Assembly: GCF_964213995.1 (NCBI RefSeq)
Contig: NC_135807.1
Coordinates: forward strand, 121,830,001 to 121,894,000
DNA length: 64,000 nt
Reading direction: 5' to 3'
Source: Mustelus asterias
Taxonomy: Eukaryota
The position numbers and the translations under genes were made by a program. The notes beneath the pieces were generated by a model. That model searched no databases. It saw only the letters and a list, made by a program, of their open reading frames with translations, and had not been told where the DNA came from. Below, piece after piece: positions 1 through 12,684 of this stretch (positions within the stretch are counted from its first letter, which is position 1; each line of letters starts with the position of its first letter).

Positions 1-229
1 CAATCCCAAATTGTATCAATTGAAATTTTCAGGATTGAGACTGGTAGATTTTGCTACACAAGGGATATGGAACAAAGGCAGCCAAATGTTGAGGTATAGA
101 TGATCCATGATCTAACAGAATGGCAGTACATGTCAAAAGGGGCTGAATGGCCTACCCCTATTCTGATTAAAACCACTCAAAGAATCACGTTAAAGAAAAA
201 CAATCTGCTGTGGGCAGCCTGCAGTCCAC

Positions 230-1213
230 CTGAAAACAGCCTCTTCAATGGAAGTCAGATCAAAGAAATACTTTGAAGACATGATTTTTTTAAAAAAAGT
301 ATTTAAATATACAGCCAGCGTTCATTGCATCAATACAGAGTTCATTTGGGAGAAAAATATCAGAATATAAGCCATCAGTTTTCATTGTAGCATGGGCACA
401 ATTAATTGTGTTAAACTCTTGACTTGAGAAGGGAGAAAAGGCAGAAGTGTCATGCAAACTGTCTGGTCGACATTCAAGTGATGCAAAACTACTTAAAATG
501 AAAAACTAACCAAGGAAACTGCTTCTTTTATCAAATCAACATGCATGTCCCAAATTTGATATCCTAAAGCCAATTGAATATTTTTGCATAGAACTGTATT
601 TGTATGTTTTCATAACAAAATATTGTTCAGTAATTGTTCCTCCTCAGCACCGTCTGTGCACTTCCATCTCCCAAATAGTTTCTTCTGAAAAAGAGGCAAC
701 TTACACTGAGCTAAAGGTTCAAGATAGTTGCAGCTCCACGTTCAATTAAGGATTCTTCGTGTGTGCTTACAAAACAGAAGCTGCAGTCTGATCAATAATA
801 ATACCTGCCTCAAGTGTACACTCAACGGGCCAAACATTCCCCAGCCAGGATCCTGTAGATACTTCTGCTTAGCACCCAGGGCAAAATGACATACAGTAGC
901 AATAGGCAAAGATAAGGATTAAAAATATTAGCTTCTCCTTGACTGCACGGACACGAGTCTTCAACCTCACGACTATTAAAGAACATACTCCCTCCGAAGA
1001 AAAATGCTTCAGATTGGGAATGAACTGTACCATATATCTATAAAGAGGAAAAGACATACACGATTGTTTCAGCTGTTCCTTGAAAAGATTTAAGCGTTCC
1101 TTACAGACTTCTGGTGAAAAGGTATCATGTACAGAATACTGCCCCATACCAGCACCTCTTCCCATTGGAATGCAACACCCCTTTATTCTGGATAGGATGA
1201 CACCCAGCCACTC
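230..1213 (-). other. Putative 5' exon of FBXO43 (Emi2), mostly UTR
   Basis: Strong minus-strand acceptor tttgcttctctttgtag|G at 1213. Possible ATG at 282 (MSSKYFFDLTSIEEAVF) with a possible donor after 230. Identity rests on vertebrate synteny FBXO43(-)/POLR2K(+)/SPAG1(+), not on a recognisable protein match. Confidence 0.3.
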
Positions 1214-1399
1214 CTACAAAGAGAAGCAAAAAGATTGAAATACTATGACAAACTCCAATATAGATTAAAACGTAAACTGAATTTTGAAATAATTTTGATT
1301 CTATTTAAAACAGGGTCACCTTTTCAGAATCAGAGTCGCTCCACTTATTCCCTTCCGAGGACATATACACACACACGTATACACAGTTGGGTATGAGGA

Positions 1400-1850
1400 A
1401 CGCTGTGGATTAAGTTGGTTACACCGGGCGAGGATGAGTTGCTGCAAGAGATGCATTCGCTATAGCAACGTGCCCAGAACGCGCCCAGCCCTCCAGTCCT
1501 TTAACTCATCGTCTTGGGAACCAGATGCTGTCTCCACGCGAAGCCCTTTGCAGGTTCCCTCGTTTGGATTTGAATTTTGCGCCACTGCGATCCAACCCAG
1601 CCGTTTGCAGATGCCCGCTAAACCAGTTTAAATGACCGCCAAAAAAAAAATCCCCAGACACACAAACTGCTTCCTCCGGGACAGACCCTCGTTTACAGCG
1701 CCCAGAGCCAATAGGAACAAACAAAACACGAGTCTGTCGCTCGTACTCTGCACAATTAGCAGTTTTAAAAAATATTAGTGGCGATTAATATCGTCGCTAC
1801 CATTCTCTCCCTCGGACGAAAAGCACAGCAACCGCCTGCCAGCAGGCTAC
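1400..1850 (-). promoter_or_regulatory. CpG-rich promoter-like region with E2F/CHR-like element and CCAAT box
   Basis: Locally CpG-rich. TTTGAATTTTGCGCC near 1569-1583 reads GGCGC-4 nt-TTCAAA on the minus strand. CCAAT near 1709. Confidence 0.5.
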
Positions 1851-2967
1851 ATTTAAAGAGAGTTGGCTTTTAAACCTTTAGAGGACAGGCTGGGAATTTT
1901 GATACCGACAGGTTTCATAAGACTGAAATGAGGCAGCAAAAGTCATTTAATCCTCAAAACATTTGTCTATACAACATTTAGCGCATCAAAATTACACTTT
2001 TAGGACGACTTGTTATAAGAATGGTTTCGCCAAGTTTGTCACCGATATGATCACTTTTTCGGGTTACATTGTTAAGAACACGTTTTAAAACTGCCTGTTT
2101 TGATCTAGTGGGCTGTGTTATTTTGTTGCACATTCGGTGTGAATCCGGTACCAAAGTTTCTCGAGTCAACAGTTTCGTGCCGGTGGGCAGCAAACCCCAA
2201 AACACAGCACAACTGCAATGCTGGGTGCTCCAGATTTAAAATGAACGGGCAAATATTAATTATACTGGCTGCCTGTATTCACTAAAGGGCCGAGAGAAGT
2301 CTGTGTTTCGCCCAGCTTCATACCTTAAAATTCACCATCCCCACCAAATTAACAAACTATCGGGATTGAATGTAGGTTACTAAAGTTCCTAACACAAACT
2401 CACATCTGTAAACGAGACCGCAACCCTACCTATGCATCATACTCTCAAACCCTGTCTCAGTTGTCAGAAATACAACCTAGTTTCCTGGAGCCCATTTATA
2501 TAAAACGTTTTTATACAATTAGTATTTTTCAATTAGATTATTCTTCCAAAGATTGAGTGCAGACTCTATTTCCCCTTCAAAAGGACATGCCTCCCATCCC
2601 AGGAATCAGTCTGGTGAACCTTTGTTACACTCGATCTGGTAAGGAAACTGTACACAATACTCCTTGTGCGGACCTACTAAATATCCATACAATTGCAGCA
2701 AGACATCTTCACTTCTACTTAAAAACATCCAATTTGCATTTTCAATTGCTTTCTGCCCCTGCATATTAGCTTTTAGTGACTCATGAGCAGCTCCCTTTGG
2801 ACATCAATACTTTCCAATCTCTCCTTATTTTAAAAATACTCTGCTTGTTTATCCTTTCAAAAAGTGGATTTTAGACCCTCTGCCATGCTCTTGCCCGCTC
2901 ACTTAGCCTGTCTAAATCCCCACCAGGTTTTGTGTCACCAGCAAACTGAGAAATATTACATTTGGTC

Positions 2968-3285
2968 CACACGGTGGCAGTGGTTAGCACTAGTGCCAGA
3001 GACCCAGGTTCAATTCCAGCCTTGGGTGACTGCACGTTCTCCGTGTCTGTTTCCTCTGGGTGTTTTAAGTTTTCTCCCATGGTCGAAAGATGTGCAGGTT
3101 AAGTGGATTGGCCGTGCAAAATTGCCCCTTAGTGCCCAAAAGATGTGTATGTTAGGTGAATTAGCCATGATAAATGTGTGGGGTTATGGCAGAGGGGAGG
3201 GCCTGGGTGGGATATTCTTTCAAGAGGGTCAGTACAGACTCACTGGGCTGAATGGCCTTTTTCCGCATTGTAGGGATTTTATGGT
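2968..3285 (+). mobile_element. tRNA-derived V-SINE (HE1-like) with CR1-type tail
   Basis: A-box GGTGGCAGTGGTTAGC, B-box GGTTCAATTCC, V-domain, and tail gggctgaatggcct...gtagggatt. Confidence 0.8.
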
Positions 3286-3519
3286 TCACATCTGAATCAT
3301 TGATATAGTTTATGAATAGCTGGAGCCTAAGCATTGACCCTTGTGGTACCTCACTAGTCAGTCATAGCTGCCAATCCAAGAATGACCTTTTTATTCCTCA
3401 CACAAACCCACATCTGGAAACGAGACAGTTTTCTGTACATTAACCAATCTCAATCCATGCCAGCATATTCCCCGCCAAACCCATCAACTTGAATTTTGTT
3501 TACTAACCCCTTGTTGGCA

Positions 3520-4332
3520 TAAATGCATCTTTTTCTGATTGGCGGGATTCTGCAGGGATCTGTGCCAGGACCCCAACTGTTCACATTATATATTAATGAT
3601 CTGGAAAAGGGAACTGAATGCATTATTTCCAAATTTGCAGATGGTATGAAGTTGGGTGAAAGAGTGTGCTGTGAAAAAAATTCAGAGATGCTTCAGCGTG
3701 AATTTGACAGGCTGAATGTGTGGGCATCTGTATGGCAAGTGTGGATGAATGTGAGGTTATTCACTTTGGTAGCAATAATAGCCAGACATTAATACTTGAA
3801 TGAGTGTAAATTGAGAGGTGGATACTCAGCGAGACCTTGGTGTCCTCGTTCATCAGTCGCTGAAACTAAGTGCGCAGGTACAAAAGGCAGCAAAGGCGGC
3901 AAATGGTATTTGGCCTTCATAGTGAGGATTTGAGTATAGGGACAGGGATGTGTTGCTGCAATTGTATAGGGCGTTGGTATGTTGTGAAGTGTGCAGTTTT
4001 GGTGTCATTATCTGAGGAAAGATGTCCAGCAAAGTTTACCAGACTGATTCCTGGGATGGCAAATGTCATATGAGGAGAGACTAAGTCGGTTAGGATTATA
4101 TTCACTGGAGTTTAGAAAGGTGAGGGAGGGGGGATCTCAGAAACTTATAAGGGTTAGACAGGGTAGATTCAGAAAGAATGTTCCCAATGGTGGGGGGGGT
4201 CCAGGACTACGGGTCATAGTTTGAGGATAAGGGGGATATTGAATTCGATGATCAGCCATGATCAAAATGAAAGGCGGAGCAGGCTCGAAGGGCTGAATGA
4301 CCTACTCCTGCTTCTAGTTTCTATGTTTATGT
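3520..4332 (+). mobile_element. Degenerate CR1 LINE 3' portion
   Basis: RT motifs QGSVPGPQLFTLYINDL and SKFADG; CR1 3' UTR ending in a short tandem repeat. Confidence 0.8.
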
Positions 4333-4712
4333 GACCTTACCAAAAGCCTTCGGAAAATCCAAATGCACCACATCTGCTGGCTTCCCCTCATCTGACTATC
4401 AGGTTTCCCCCCCCCCCCCATCATAAATCCATATCCGGAATATACCACCCAGGCCCTCCCCTCTGCCTTATTCCTGTAACCCCACACATTTATCATGGCC
4501 AACCCACCTAACTTGCACATCTTTGGCCACTAAGATTCTGCCCAATAATTTCTAAGTGTTTTTTTTAAAAAAATTCATTCGTGGGACATGGGCATCGCTG
4601 GCTGGTCAGCATTTATTGTGTGGAGATGCCGGCGTTGGACTGGGGTAAACACAGCAAGAAGTTTAACAACACCAGGTTAAAGTCCAACAGGTTTATTTGG
4701 TAGCAAAAGCCA

Positions 4713-4749
4713 CACAAGCTTTCGGAGCTCTAAGCCCCTTCTTCAGGCG
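4713..4749 (-). ncRNA. Minimal type I hammerhead ribozyme motif (Penelope pLTR)
   Basis: CGC-CUGAAGA-A-GGGGCU UAG AGCUCC-GAAA-GC-UU-GUG on the minus strand. Confidence 0.75.
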
Positions 4750-5630
4750 AGTGGGAATTCTGTTCACAAACAGAGCTTATAAAGACACAGACTCAATTTA
4801 CATGAATAATGGTTGGAATGCGAATACTTACAACTAATCAAGTCTTTAAGAAACGAAACAATGTGAGTGGAGAGAGCATCAAGACAGGCTAAAAAGATGT
4901 GTATTGTCTCCAGACAAGACAGCCAGCAAAACTCTGCAGGTCCACGCAACTGTGGGAGTTACAAATAGTGTGACATGAACCCAATATCCCGGTTGAGGCC
5001 GTCCTCGTGTGTGCAGAACTTGACTATCAGTTTCTGCTCAGCGACTCTGCGCTGTGTCGCGAAGGCCGCCTTGGAGAACGCTTACCCGAATATCAGAGGC
5101 CGAATGCCCGTGACCGCTGAAGTGCTCCCCAACAGGAAGAGAACAGTCTTGCCTGGTGATTGTCGAGCGGTGTTCATTCACCTGCGACAACGGATGAATG
5201 AACACCGCTCGACAATCACCAGGCAAGACTGTTCTCTTCCTGTTGGGGAACACTTCAGCGGTCACGGGCATTCGGCCTCTGATATTCAGGTAAGCGTTCT
5301 CCAAGGCGGCCTTCGCGACACACGACAGCGCAGAGTCGCTGAGCAGAAACTGATAGCCAAGTTCTGCACACACGAGGACGGCCTCAACCGGGATATTGGG
5401 TTCATGTCACACTATTTGTAACTCCCACAGTTGCGTGGACCTGCAGAGTTTCACTGGCTGTCTTGTCTGGAGACAATACACATCTTTTTAGCCTGTCTTG
5501 ATGCTCTCTCCACTCACATTGTTTCGTTTCTTAAAGACTTGATTAGTTGCAAGTATTCGCATTCCAACCATTATTCATGTAAATTGAGTCTGTGTCTTTA
5601 TAAGCTCTGTTTGTGAACAGAATTCCCACT

Positions 5631-5667
5631 CACCTGAAGAAGGGGCTTAGAGCTCCGAAAGCTTGTG
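5631..5667 (+). ncRNA. Minimal type I hammerhead ribozyme motif (Penelope pLTR)
   Basis: CAC-CUGAAGA-A-GGGGCU UAG AGCUCC-GAAA-GC-UU-GUG. Core intact, with palindromic AAGCUU at stem III. Confidence 0.8.
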
Positions 5668-8089
5668 TGGCTTTTGCTACCAAATAAACCTGTTGGACTT
5701 TAACCTGGTGTTGTTAAACTTCTTACAGCATTTATTGCCCATCCCTAGTTGCCTCAAGAAGGTGGTGGTGAGCTGCTTCTTGAGTCGCTGCAGTCCACGT
5801 GCTGTGGGTTGACCCACAATGCCACAAGGGAAGGAGCTAGACAGCTCTCCCAATTTTGGCACTCGCCCCCAGATGTTAGTAAGGAGGGCTTTGCAAGGTC
5901 AACAGGGCCTGTTTCACTTCTTTGTTGAGACTTGGTAGCGATTGATTCAACTGAGTGACTCACTTGGCTATTTCAGAGGGCAGTTGAGAGCCAACCACAA
6001 TGCTGTGGCTCTCGAGTCACATGTAGGCCAGACCACGTAAGGAGGGCAGACTTCCTTCCCTAAAAGGACATTAGTGAGTTTCATAATAGATTTAATCATT
6101 TTCTCTACTGGTGTCAGACCAATAGGTTTGTAGTAACATTTTTTTCCCCCCATCCCTCTTTTCTTATTAGTGGGGTTACATTCCAAAATCCAAAGAACAT
6201 TGGAAAATGACCATGAACGAATCTACTATCTCCACAGCCTCTTTCAATCCTCTGCGACGTTGATTGTTCGGTCCAGAGGATTTTTCACGTTTCAGTCCCT
6301 TTCCCCAGTACTACCAAGGTTCACTAGGTTGATCTCTGGATTGAGGAGTTTGGCCTGAAGAGATGCTAAGTAAAATGGGCCTACAATCACCTGAAGTTTA
6401 GAAGAATGAGGGGGTTCTTATTGAAATATATAAAAATCCTGAGGGATTGACAGTTTAGATCCAGAGGTGTTAGTCACTGGTGGAGAGAATTTCTCAGAAG
6501 ATAAATCTTTGGAGTTCCAGCAGACTGTGGATACTCAGTTCTCAAGGTGGAATTTTTCCTTCTACCTTCTGGATTCCACACTCAGTATTCTATCCTTCTG
6601 CAAATGCAATCAAATATATTTTCCCAGCAACTAACAAATGGCAACTTTAATTTCTTTCATATCAGATTGTTACAGCTCTGCCGAAAACTGCCTGTTTTGG
6701 TTCTCAGGCCCCTTACCATTTTGAATTTCATTTGTCACCTACCGATCCAATTTCCTGGAAGGATTATCCTTCCAAATCCAATCACGCACATTAAGTTGCA
6801 TTGCTTCAGTTTTTAAAACCAGAGCTTTTACTCAACTCATCTAAAAGGAAGAAGAGATGATCTTATTGAAACATGCAAAAGATCTGAGGAGACTTGATAG
6901 GGTGGTTACCAGAAGATGTTTCCTCTTGTGGTGGAGAGTTTATGGGATCTCCCATTTATGACAGAAATTAAGAGAATTTTATTTACCAGAGGGTCATTAG
7001 TCTGGAATTCTGATCCCTAAATAGTAGTGGATGCTAGGTCAAGAATTTGGTCAAGGCTGCATGAAACGTGCACGCAGGTGTGGGGGGGGGGGGGGGGGGG
7101 GAGGAGAGAGAGAGAAAGGGGACCATACCAAATTCCACTTTGAGAACTGAGCATCCACAGTTTGCCCATGATCTTATCGAATGGCAAAGCAAGCCTAAAA
7201 AGGGCTACTCCCATGTCCCCTATCTGCTGATGTGGCACTGTCAAATTTTGCTTGATGGTACTCATGTGAGGCAGCTTGAAATGCTGAACTAAATAAAAAG
7301 GCCCTATATGTATGCAAATTGCAGTTCCAATCTCCCTTTATCCACATGCTTCATTCATCTATCCATTCTAAACATTGACAGTTTTTGCCTCAGACATTAA
7401 CTCTGGAAACAAATTCCGCAGCGTCACAACCAAACAGAAAATCCTAAAAGGGGTTCAACAAGCAAATGAAAATACATTTAAGTATGGTACTTTGCACTGC
7501 CACACTCCAACTATAAAACATTCAGAACAAAGGAAACAAAAATTGCTCACTTTAAATGAAGACCCAGAAAAGAGAATTCAGAGTCAAGCTAAGAATCAAA
7601 ATCCAATGAACGTTATTTCAGTCTTCACTAGTTGCCCCCTGCCCCACTTCTTTGCAAAGAGGTAGAATATCATGCTCCAAATGCAGGTTTTCACCAAGGT
7701 GACTGTTTTCCCCCCCTCACAACCAAGGTGTACACACAGAAGTTAGAAACCACTGCACAGTACACACACACACTTTAGAAACCACTTTAGCCCCTTTCCA
7801 GTAAAGCCATTAGTCAATAACTCAGTCCTTAAAAAAAGTAGTTCACCCCCGAGAAACGTGTTTCCTCTCCTTTCCCCGCGATTGCTCAAGTCCAAACCAC
7901 CACTCGAACTGGTGGCGGGAAGTCACTTTCCACCTCGCATTCAAAATGGATTCAAAAGGAGGCAAGAGAGAAATTTAGGAAGTAAGAGCTGGGGAGACGT
8001 GCAGCTGGGCCATGAGAGAGAAGGCGGTGGAAGGGAGGACAGGGGGAATTAGATTAACCACCATTTCAGCCACAGGAACACAGGGTACT

Positions 8090-8420
8090 TACACAAACTG
8101 GCGCAGGAGGAACGGTCAGCAGCACTTTAAATATAGACCCTCCTGTCAAACGGAGCCCACATTACTCTCTGTTCCGCTGGCTATCTGTGTGTCCCCACCA
8201 TTGATCCGTCTCTCTGCTCCCTGGCTGATTGAGCGCTTCTCTCTCGCGCTCCGCCGTTCGAATTTCGTATCCAAAATCCTGATTTGTCGGTCGGAGCAGC
8301 CAATCAGCGGCCGCCTTACTGTCCCTGGGCCGACCGGAAGTTCCGCTGCCAACTCGCGCGAGCCTCGAGCCTTTCCTTCCAGTCGTTTCTAGGGAAGGGG
8401 CGAGCGAGGGAGCGCAGCGG
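8090..8420 (+). promoter_or_regulatory. POLR2K: POLR2K CpG-island promoter and non-coding exon 1 (ends 8420)
   Basis: CpG-rich; CCAAT near 8300; ETS site CCGGAAGT at 8334-8341; donor CGG|GTAAGT at 8420/8421. Confidence 0.8.
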
Positions 8421-8536
8421 GTAAGTGGGCGATTACCCTCCCCCACCCCAAACAAAAATATGCTTTATTCATAAATCTGAGAGAACGTTATAGAATGGCC
8501 ATCGCACAAAAAAAAGCAATAATATTTCGGTCCTTT

Positions 8537-8837
8537 ATTGGGTGCCACACTGCTGCTTCACAGCGCCAGGGGGGACCCGAGTTCGATTCCGGCCTCGGGT
8601 CACTGTCTGTGCGGAGTCTGCACGTTCTCCCCGTGTCTGCGTGGGTTTCCTTCGGGTGCTCGGCCCCCCCCCCCCCCCGCGCCACACTCTGAAAGACGTG
8701 CTGGTTAGGTGCATTGGCCGTGCTAAATTCTCCCTCAGTGTACCCGAACAGGTGCCAAGTGTGGGCGCTAGGGGATTTTCTCAGTGACTTCATTGCAGTG
8801 TTAATGTAAGCCTACTTGCGACACTAATAAATAAACT
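8537..8837 (+). mobile_element. V-SINE with Rex1-like tail
   Basis: B-box GAGTTCGATTCC, V-domain, and tail ending tacttgcgacactaataaat. Confidence 0.8.
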
Positions 8838-9819
8838 TCATTACGTGCATCAAATAACATTTTATCAGGTGGCTTCAATACAGTCAAAGAAACGTTTTGG
8901 ATGTTTTACAATGGTCCTACAAATGTTGCAAAGTTATTTTAAAGGTTGTCTACATAGAAAAAGTTGCACTCCAAGGTCCTTTAGTACAACTGAGATGCAT
9001 GTAATATTTACTATGCATTCAGTGAGTCATTCGACCTGAGGAGGTTCTCCACCCTTTGGTTCTCTTGTGGCTGAAAGGTCTTAGGAATAAATAATGCCAA
9101 CTTAAACCTGATATAAACCATCAGTAGCCAGTGGTAAATCAATTAATAAACTCCTCAAGTCCAGTGTGACTCTTCTTGGGAAGAAGATGAGTAGTCATTT
9201 TAGAGTTGAAATTAATCCTTGTTTTTTTTCTCTCTGCACAAGGTGCTGCCAGATCTGACTTTTTCCATCACTTTCTGTTTTTATTTTAGATTTCTCCAGC
9301 ATTTGCAGTATTTTGCTTTTAATGAGTTCCCCTGGTTTTGAAACTGTTGTTAATGATTAGGCTGAGGGTCGAGGGGTTATGATCCATCTGTACACTTGTG
9401 TTGGTCACACTTGTTGGGTGAGAGTGGATGGGACTAAGGTTTTCTTCAGCTGAGGTGGAGGGAAAAAGCTCCTGTGTATCAGGAGCCTTGTCACCTGCAA
9501 TGAAATTGCTTACATTTAGCATTTGAGGTACAGCTGTTCTTGTAAAGTATGGAGCACATTGATCAATGGGTGGGGGTAGCTGTTGCTGTTTTGGACTCTT
9601 GCCTTCTTGAAAAAAGCGCCCATTGGGCACCGCAGGGGTTGGGGTGCGTTATTGACCCTGACAATCACATTTTAATTTGATGTTTTTAAGTTTCCTTTGT
9701 ACTTTGATTTCTGTTCGGGCTGTTCCCCCTCCTTTTGGGGAGCTGCCCCTTTTTACTTTGTCCTGACTTAATCTGAGTTTGTTTATTTGGTTTGACCTAA
9801 AAAGAGGGCCACAAACGGG

Positions 9820-11100
9820 CTGCCAATAAAATACAGAAAATTCATGGCACAGAAGGAGGCGACTTTGTCCATGGCGCCTGGCTGGCAAAGAGCTATCCAG
9901 TCTGATCTCACTTTCTGGCACTTTGGCCACAGCCTTGTAGCTCATCATACCCCAGTGCATCAATTTTTTTTAGGCTTTATGCCTTTCCCACCCTTTCAGG
10001 CTGAATCCTTTCAGTTTCCTTAGTGAAAGAAAATGCTCCTCATCTAATTCTCCCAGTTACTCAAAATAAATTCCAGTGATTATTAATCCCTCTGCTTCCT
10101 ATGAATCCTATCGAAGCCCCTCATGATTTTTACATCTCAATTGTATCTCCTACCCGTACTAATCTTTGTTCTTGGCTAAAATTGATCATTCTTGTCAACA
10201 TCCTTGGAAATCTCCACTGTACTCTTTCTAATGGTTTCCTGTAATGTGGTATCTAGAACTGTACAAAGTACTCTAACTGTAGCCAAACATGTCCTATACA
10301 ACCAACACAATCTCCTTGCTCTTGCTTTATTTTATTTGCTCAGGCAGAGAATGTATCTTGTATCCCTTTTTAATCATCTTGTCTACCTGTCCTCCTACCT
10401 TCAGAGATCTGTGGTTATGCAAACCAAGGTGGCCTCTGTTGCTGTACACTTCTCACTATCCTACTATCTATAATATATTTTCTTGTCTTATTTGCCAGCT
10501 TTCTGCCTACTGACCAGCCCATTTTCCTAGTGTCCAACTTTCTTCAGCACTATGAACCACAAGATCATTTTTTTCATGATCTGCAAATTGTATGTTTGAG
10601 TCCAAATCATTGATATAAACCATGAAAAGATGGGACTAATACTGAGCCCTGAGGCGACTTCACTCAAAACAGCTTTCAATTTATAAAACCACCTGTTGAC
10701 TAACCCAATTGGCTGCTGACCACATTTGGATCCAGTTTGTGATTTTCGTTTGGATCCCATTAGTCCTTAGTCTTTTAACAGTTTGTCATGTGGAGCCATG
10801 TCAAAAGTTTTGTTGAAATCCATGTAAACGGCATCAGATATGTTGCCCTCATCGACCATTCTTGTTATTTCAAAATAACTGATTTGTTATTTCAGGGCGA
10901 CCTACTGTTAGTTCCATTCCAAGTGTTCTTGATTAATTTGTCTTTCTAAATGATGATTTATATGATGATTCTATTTTTTCCAATAATTTGTTAGGCTTAA
11001 ATAAGTGTGAGAACTTGGAACATTCCTCCTTCCACTTTTATACAATGCAGCAATGTTAGCAGTCCTTAGGTTCCATGCTTGCCAGCAGAGAGGTTTGGAA
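9820..11100 (-). mobile_element. Highly degenerate CR1 LINE fragment
   Basis: Decayed similarity to the intact CR1 at 39413-42326. Confidence 0.55.
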
Positions 11101-11199
11101 AATGACAATCATTGATATTTGCCAAACTGCTGTTTCTTCCCTTGCTACTCTTAGCAGTCTGGGATACATTTCAATCCGGGCAAGACCTGGCAAAAGCAA

Positions 11200-11845
11200 A
11201 GTGACATGAATGTATATGTGCATAAATCATTTAAAGTGACAAGATAGGTTGAAAGTGTGGTTGATAAAGCATCTGAGGTTTTATTAATAGGAGCATAGAA
11301 CACAAAGGCAAAGAAGTTAAATAAACTTGTATAGTAAACGAATCGGAGTATTATGTTTTGGACACCATACTGAAAGATATGAATGCATTAGAGAGAATGC
11401 AGAAAATATTGATGAAAGTGGTTCCAGGGATGAGGAACATCAATTATGTAGGTAGAGAAGTTAGGACTGTCTGCCTTGGAGAAGAGAAGATTGAGTGGAG
11501 GTTTGATAGAGGTGTTCCAAATTATGAAGGTTTTTGGACAGGGTAGATTGAGAAAAGCTGTTCCCCTTGGTGGAAGGACAGAGAGCAAGAGGACACAGAT
11601 TTAAGGTAATTAGCAAAATAAACAATGACAACTTTTTCACACAGCGGGTAGTTGGGATCTGGAATGCCCTGCCTGAGAGTGTGGTGGAGGCAGGTTCAAT
11701 CAAGGCATTAAAAAGAGAATTGGAATATTACCTGAAAAGAAAGAATGTGCAGTGCTGCGGGGAGTGACACTGGGTAAATTTCTTCTTCAGAGAGACAGCA
11801 GGATGAATGGCCTCCAATTCTGTAAATGCATCTATACTATTTGAT
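11200..11845 (+). mobile_element. CR1 LINE 3' fragment
   Basis: RGHRFKV...FFTQRVVGIWNALP C-terminal motif and 3' UTR. Confidence 0.8.
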
Positions 11846-11885
11846 TCAAACGCTCCTTCTGATGAGTTCCACATTCTCACCATCC

Positions 11886-12550
11886 ATTTGATTTGATTTG
11901 ATTTATTATTGTCACATGTATTAGTGTACAGTGAAAAATATTGTTTCCTGCGTGCTATACAGACAAAGCATACCATTCACAGAGAAGGAAAGGAGAGAGT
12001 GCAGAATGTAGTGTTTTAGTTATAGTTAGGGTGTAGGGAAAGATAAACTTAATGCAGGGTAGGTCCATTCAAAAGTCTGATGGCAGCATGGAAGAAGCTG
12101 TTCTTGAGTCCATTGGTGCGTGACCTCAGATTTTTATATCTTTTTCCCGACGAAAGAAGGTGGAAGAGAGAATGTTCAGGGTGCATAGGGTCCTTAATTA
12201 TGGTAGCTACTTTGCCGAGGCAGCGGGAAGTGGAGACAGAGCCAATGAATGGGAGGCTGGTTTGTGTGATCGATTGGGCTACATTCACAACCTTTTGTAG
12301 TTTCTTGTGGGCTGAGGCAGAGCAGGAGTCATACCAAGCTGTGATACAACCAGAAAGAATGCTTTCTATGGTGCATCTGTAAACGTTGGTGAGAGTCGTA
12401 GCAGACATGCCAAATTTCCTTAATCTTCTGAGAAAGTAGAGGCGTTGATGGGCTTTCTTAACTATAGGGTCAGCATGGGGGGATCAGGACATGTTGTTGG
12501 TGATCTGGACACCTACAAAATTGAAGCTCTCGACCATTTCTACTTCGTCA
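11886..12550 (-). mobile_element. Rex1/Babar LINE 3' fragment
   Basis: YRCTIESILSGCITAWY...KNSFFHAAIRLLN; (ATCAA)n tail. Confidence 0.85.
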
Positions 12551-12684
12551 TTGAGTAAAGAAGACTATTCTGAATTCGTTATTGGATTTCTTGTTGGCTA
12601 CCTTGTGTTGATGGCCTCTCGTTAGAGGAAATGTTCTTTTTGTATCCACTCTATCAAAACCTTTCAACCTGTGCCACCTTTTTG

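Larger units (their letters stand above)
4619..5725. mobile_element. Palindromic Penelope-like insertion (two inverted 3' ends)
   Basis: About 4656-5180 is the near-perfect reverse complement of 5195-5724, with a 14-nt loop. Arms encode the GIY-YIG C-terminus (QRMNEHRS...VGEHF...EQKLIAKF...GLNRD). 12-bp TSD CAGCATTTATTG at 4607-4618 and 5726-5737. Confidence 0.92.

Noticed and set aside
4975-5421. 148-aa and 111-aa overlapping ORFs on opposite strands, and twin 61-aa ORFs
   Set aside because: A consequence of the palindrome. Only the GIY-YIG C-terminal half is real Penelope coding sequence.
7082-7101. Long G homopolymers (also near 26208 and 63987)
   Set aside because: Simple repeats of uncertain length; no evidence of function.
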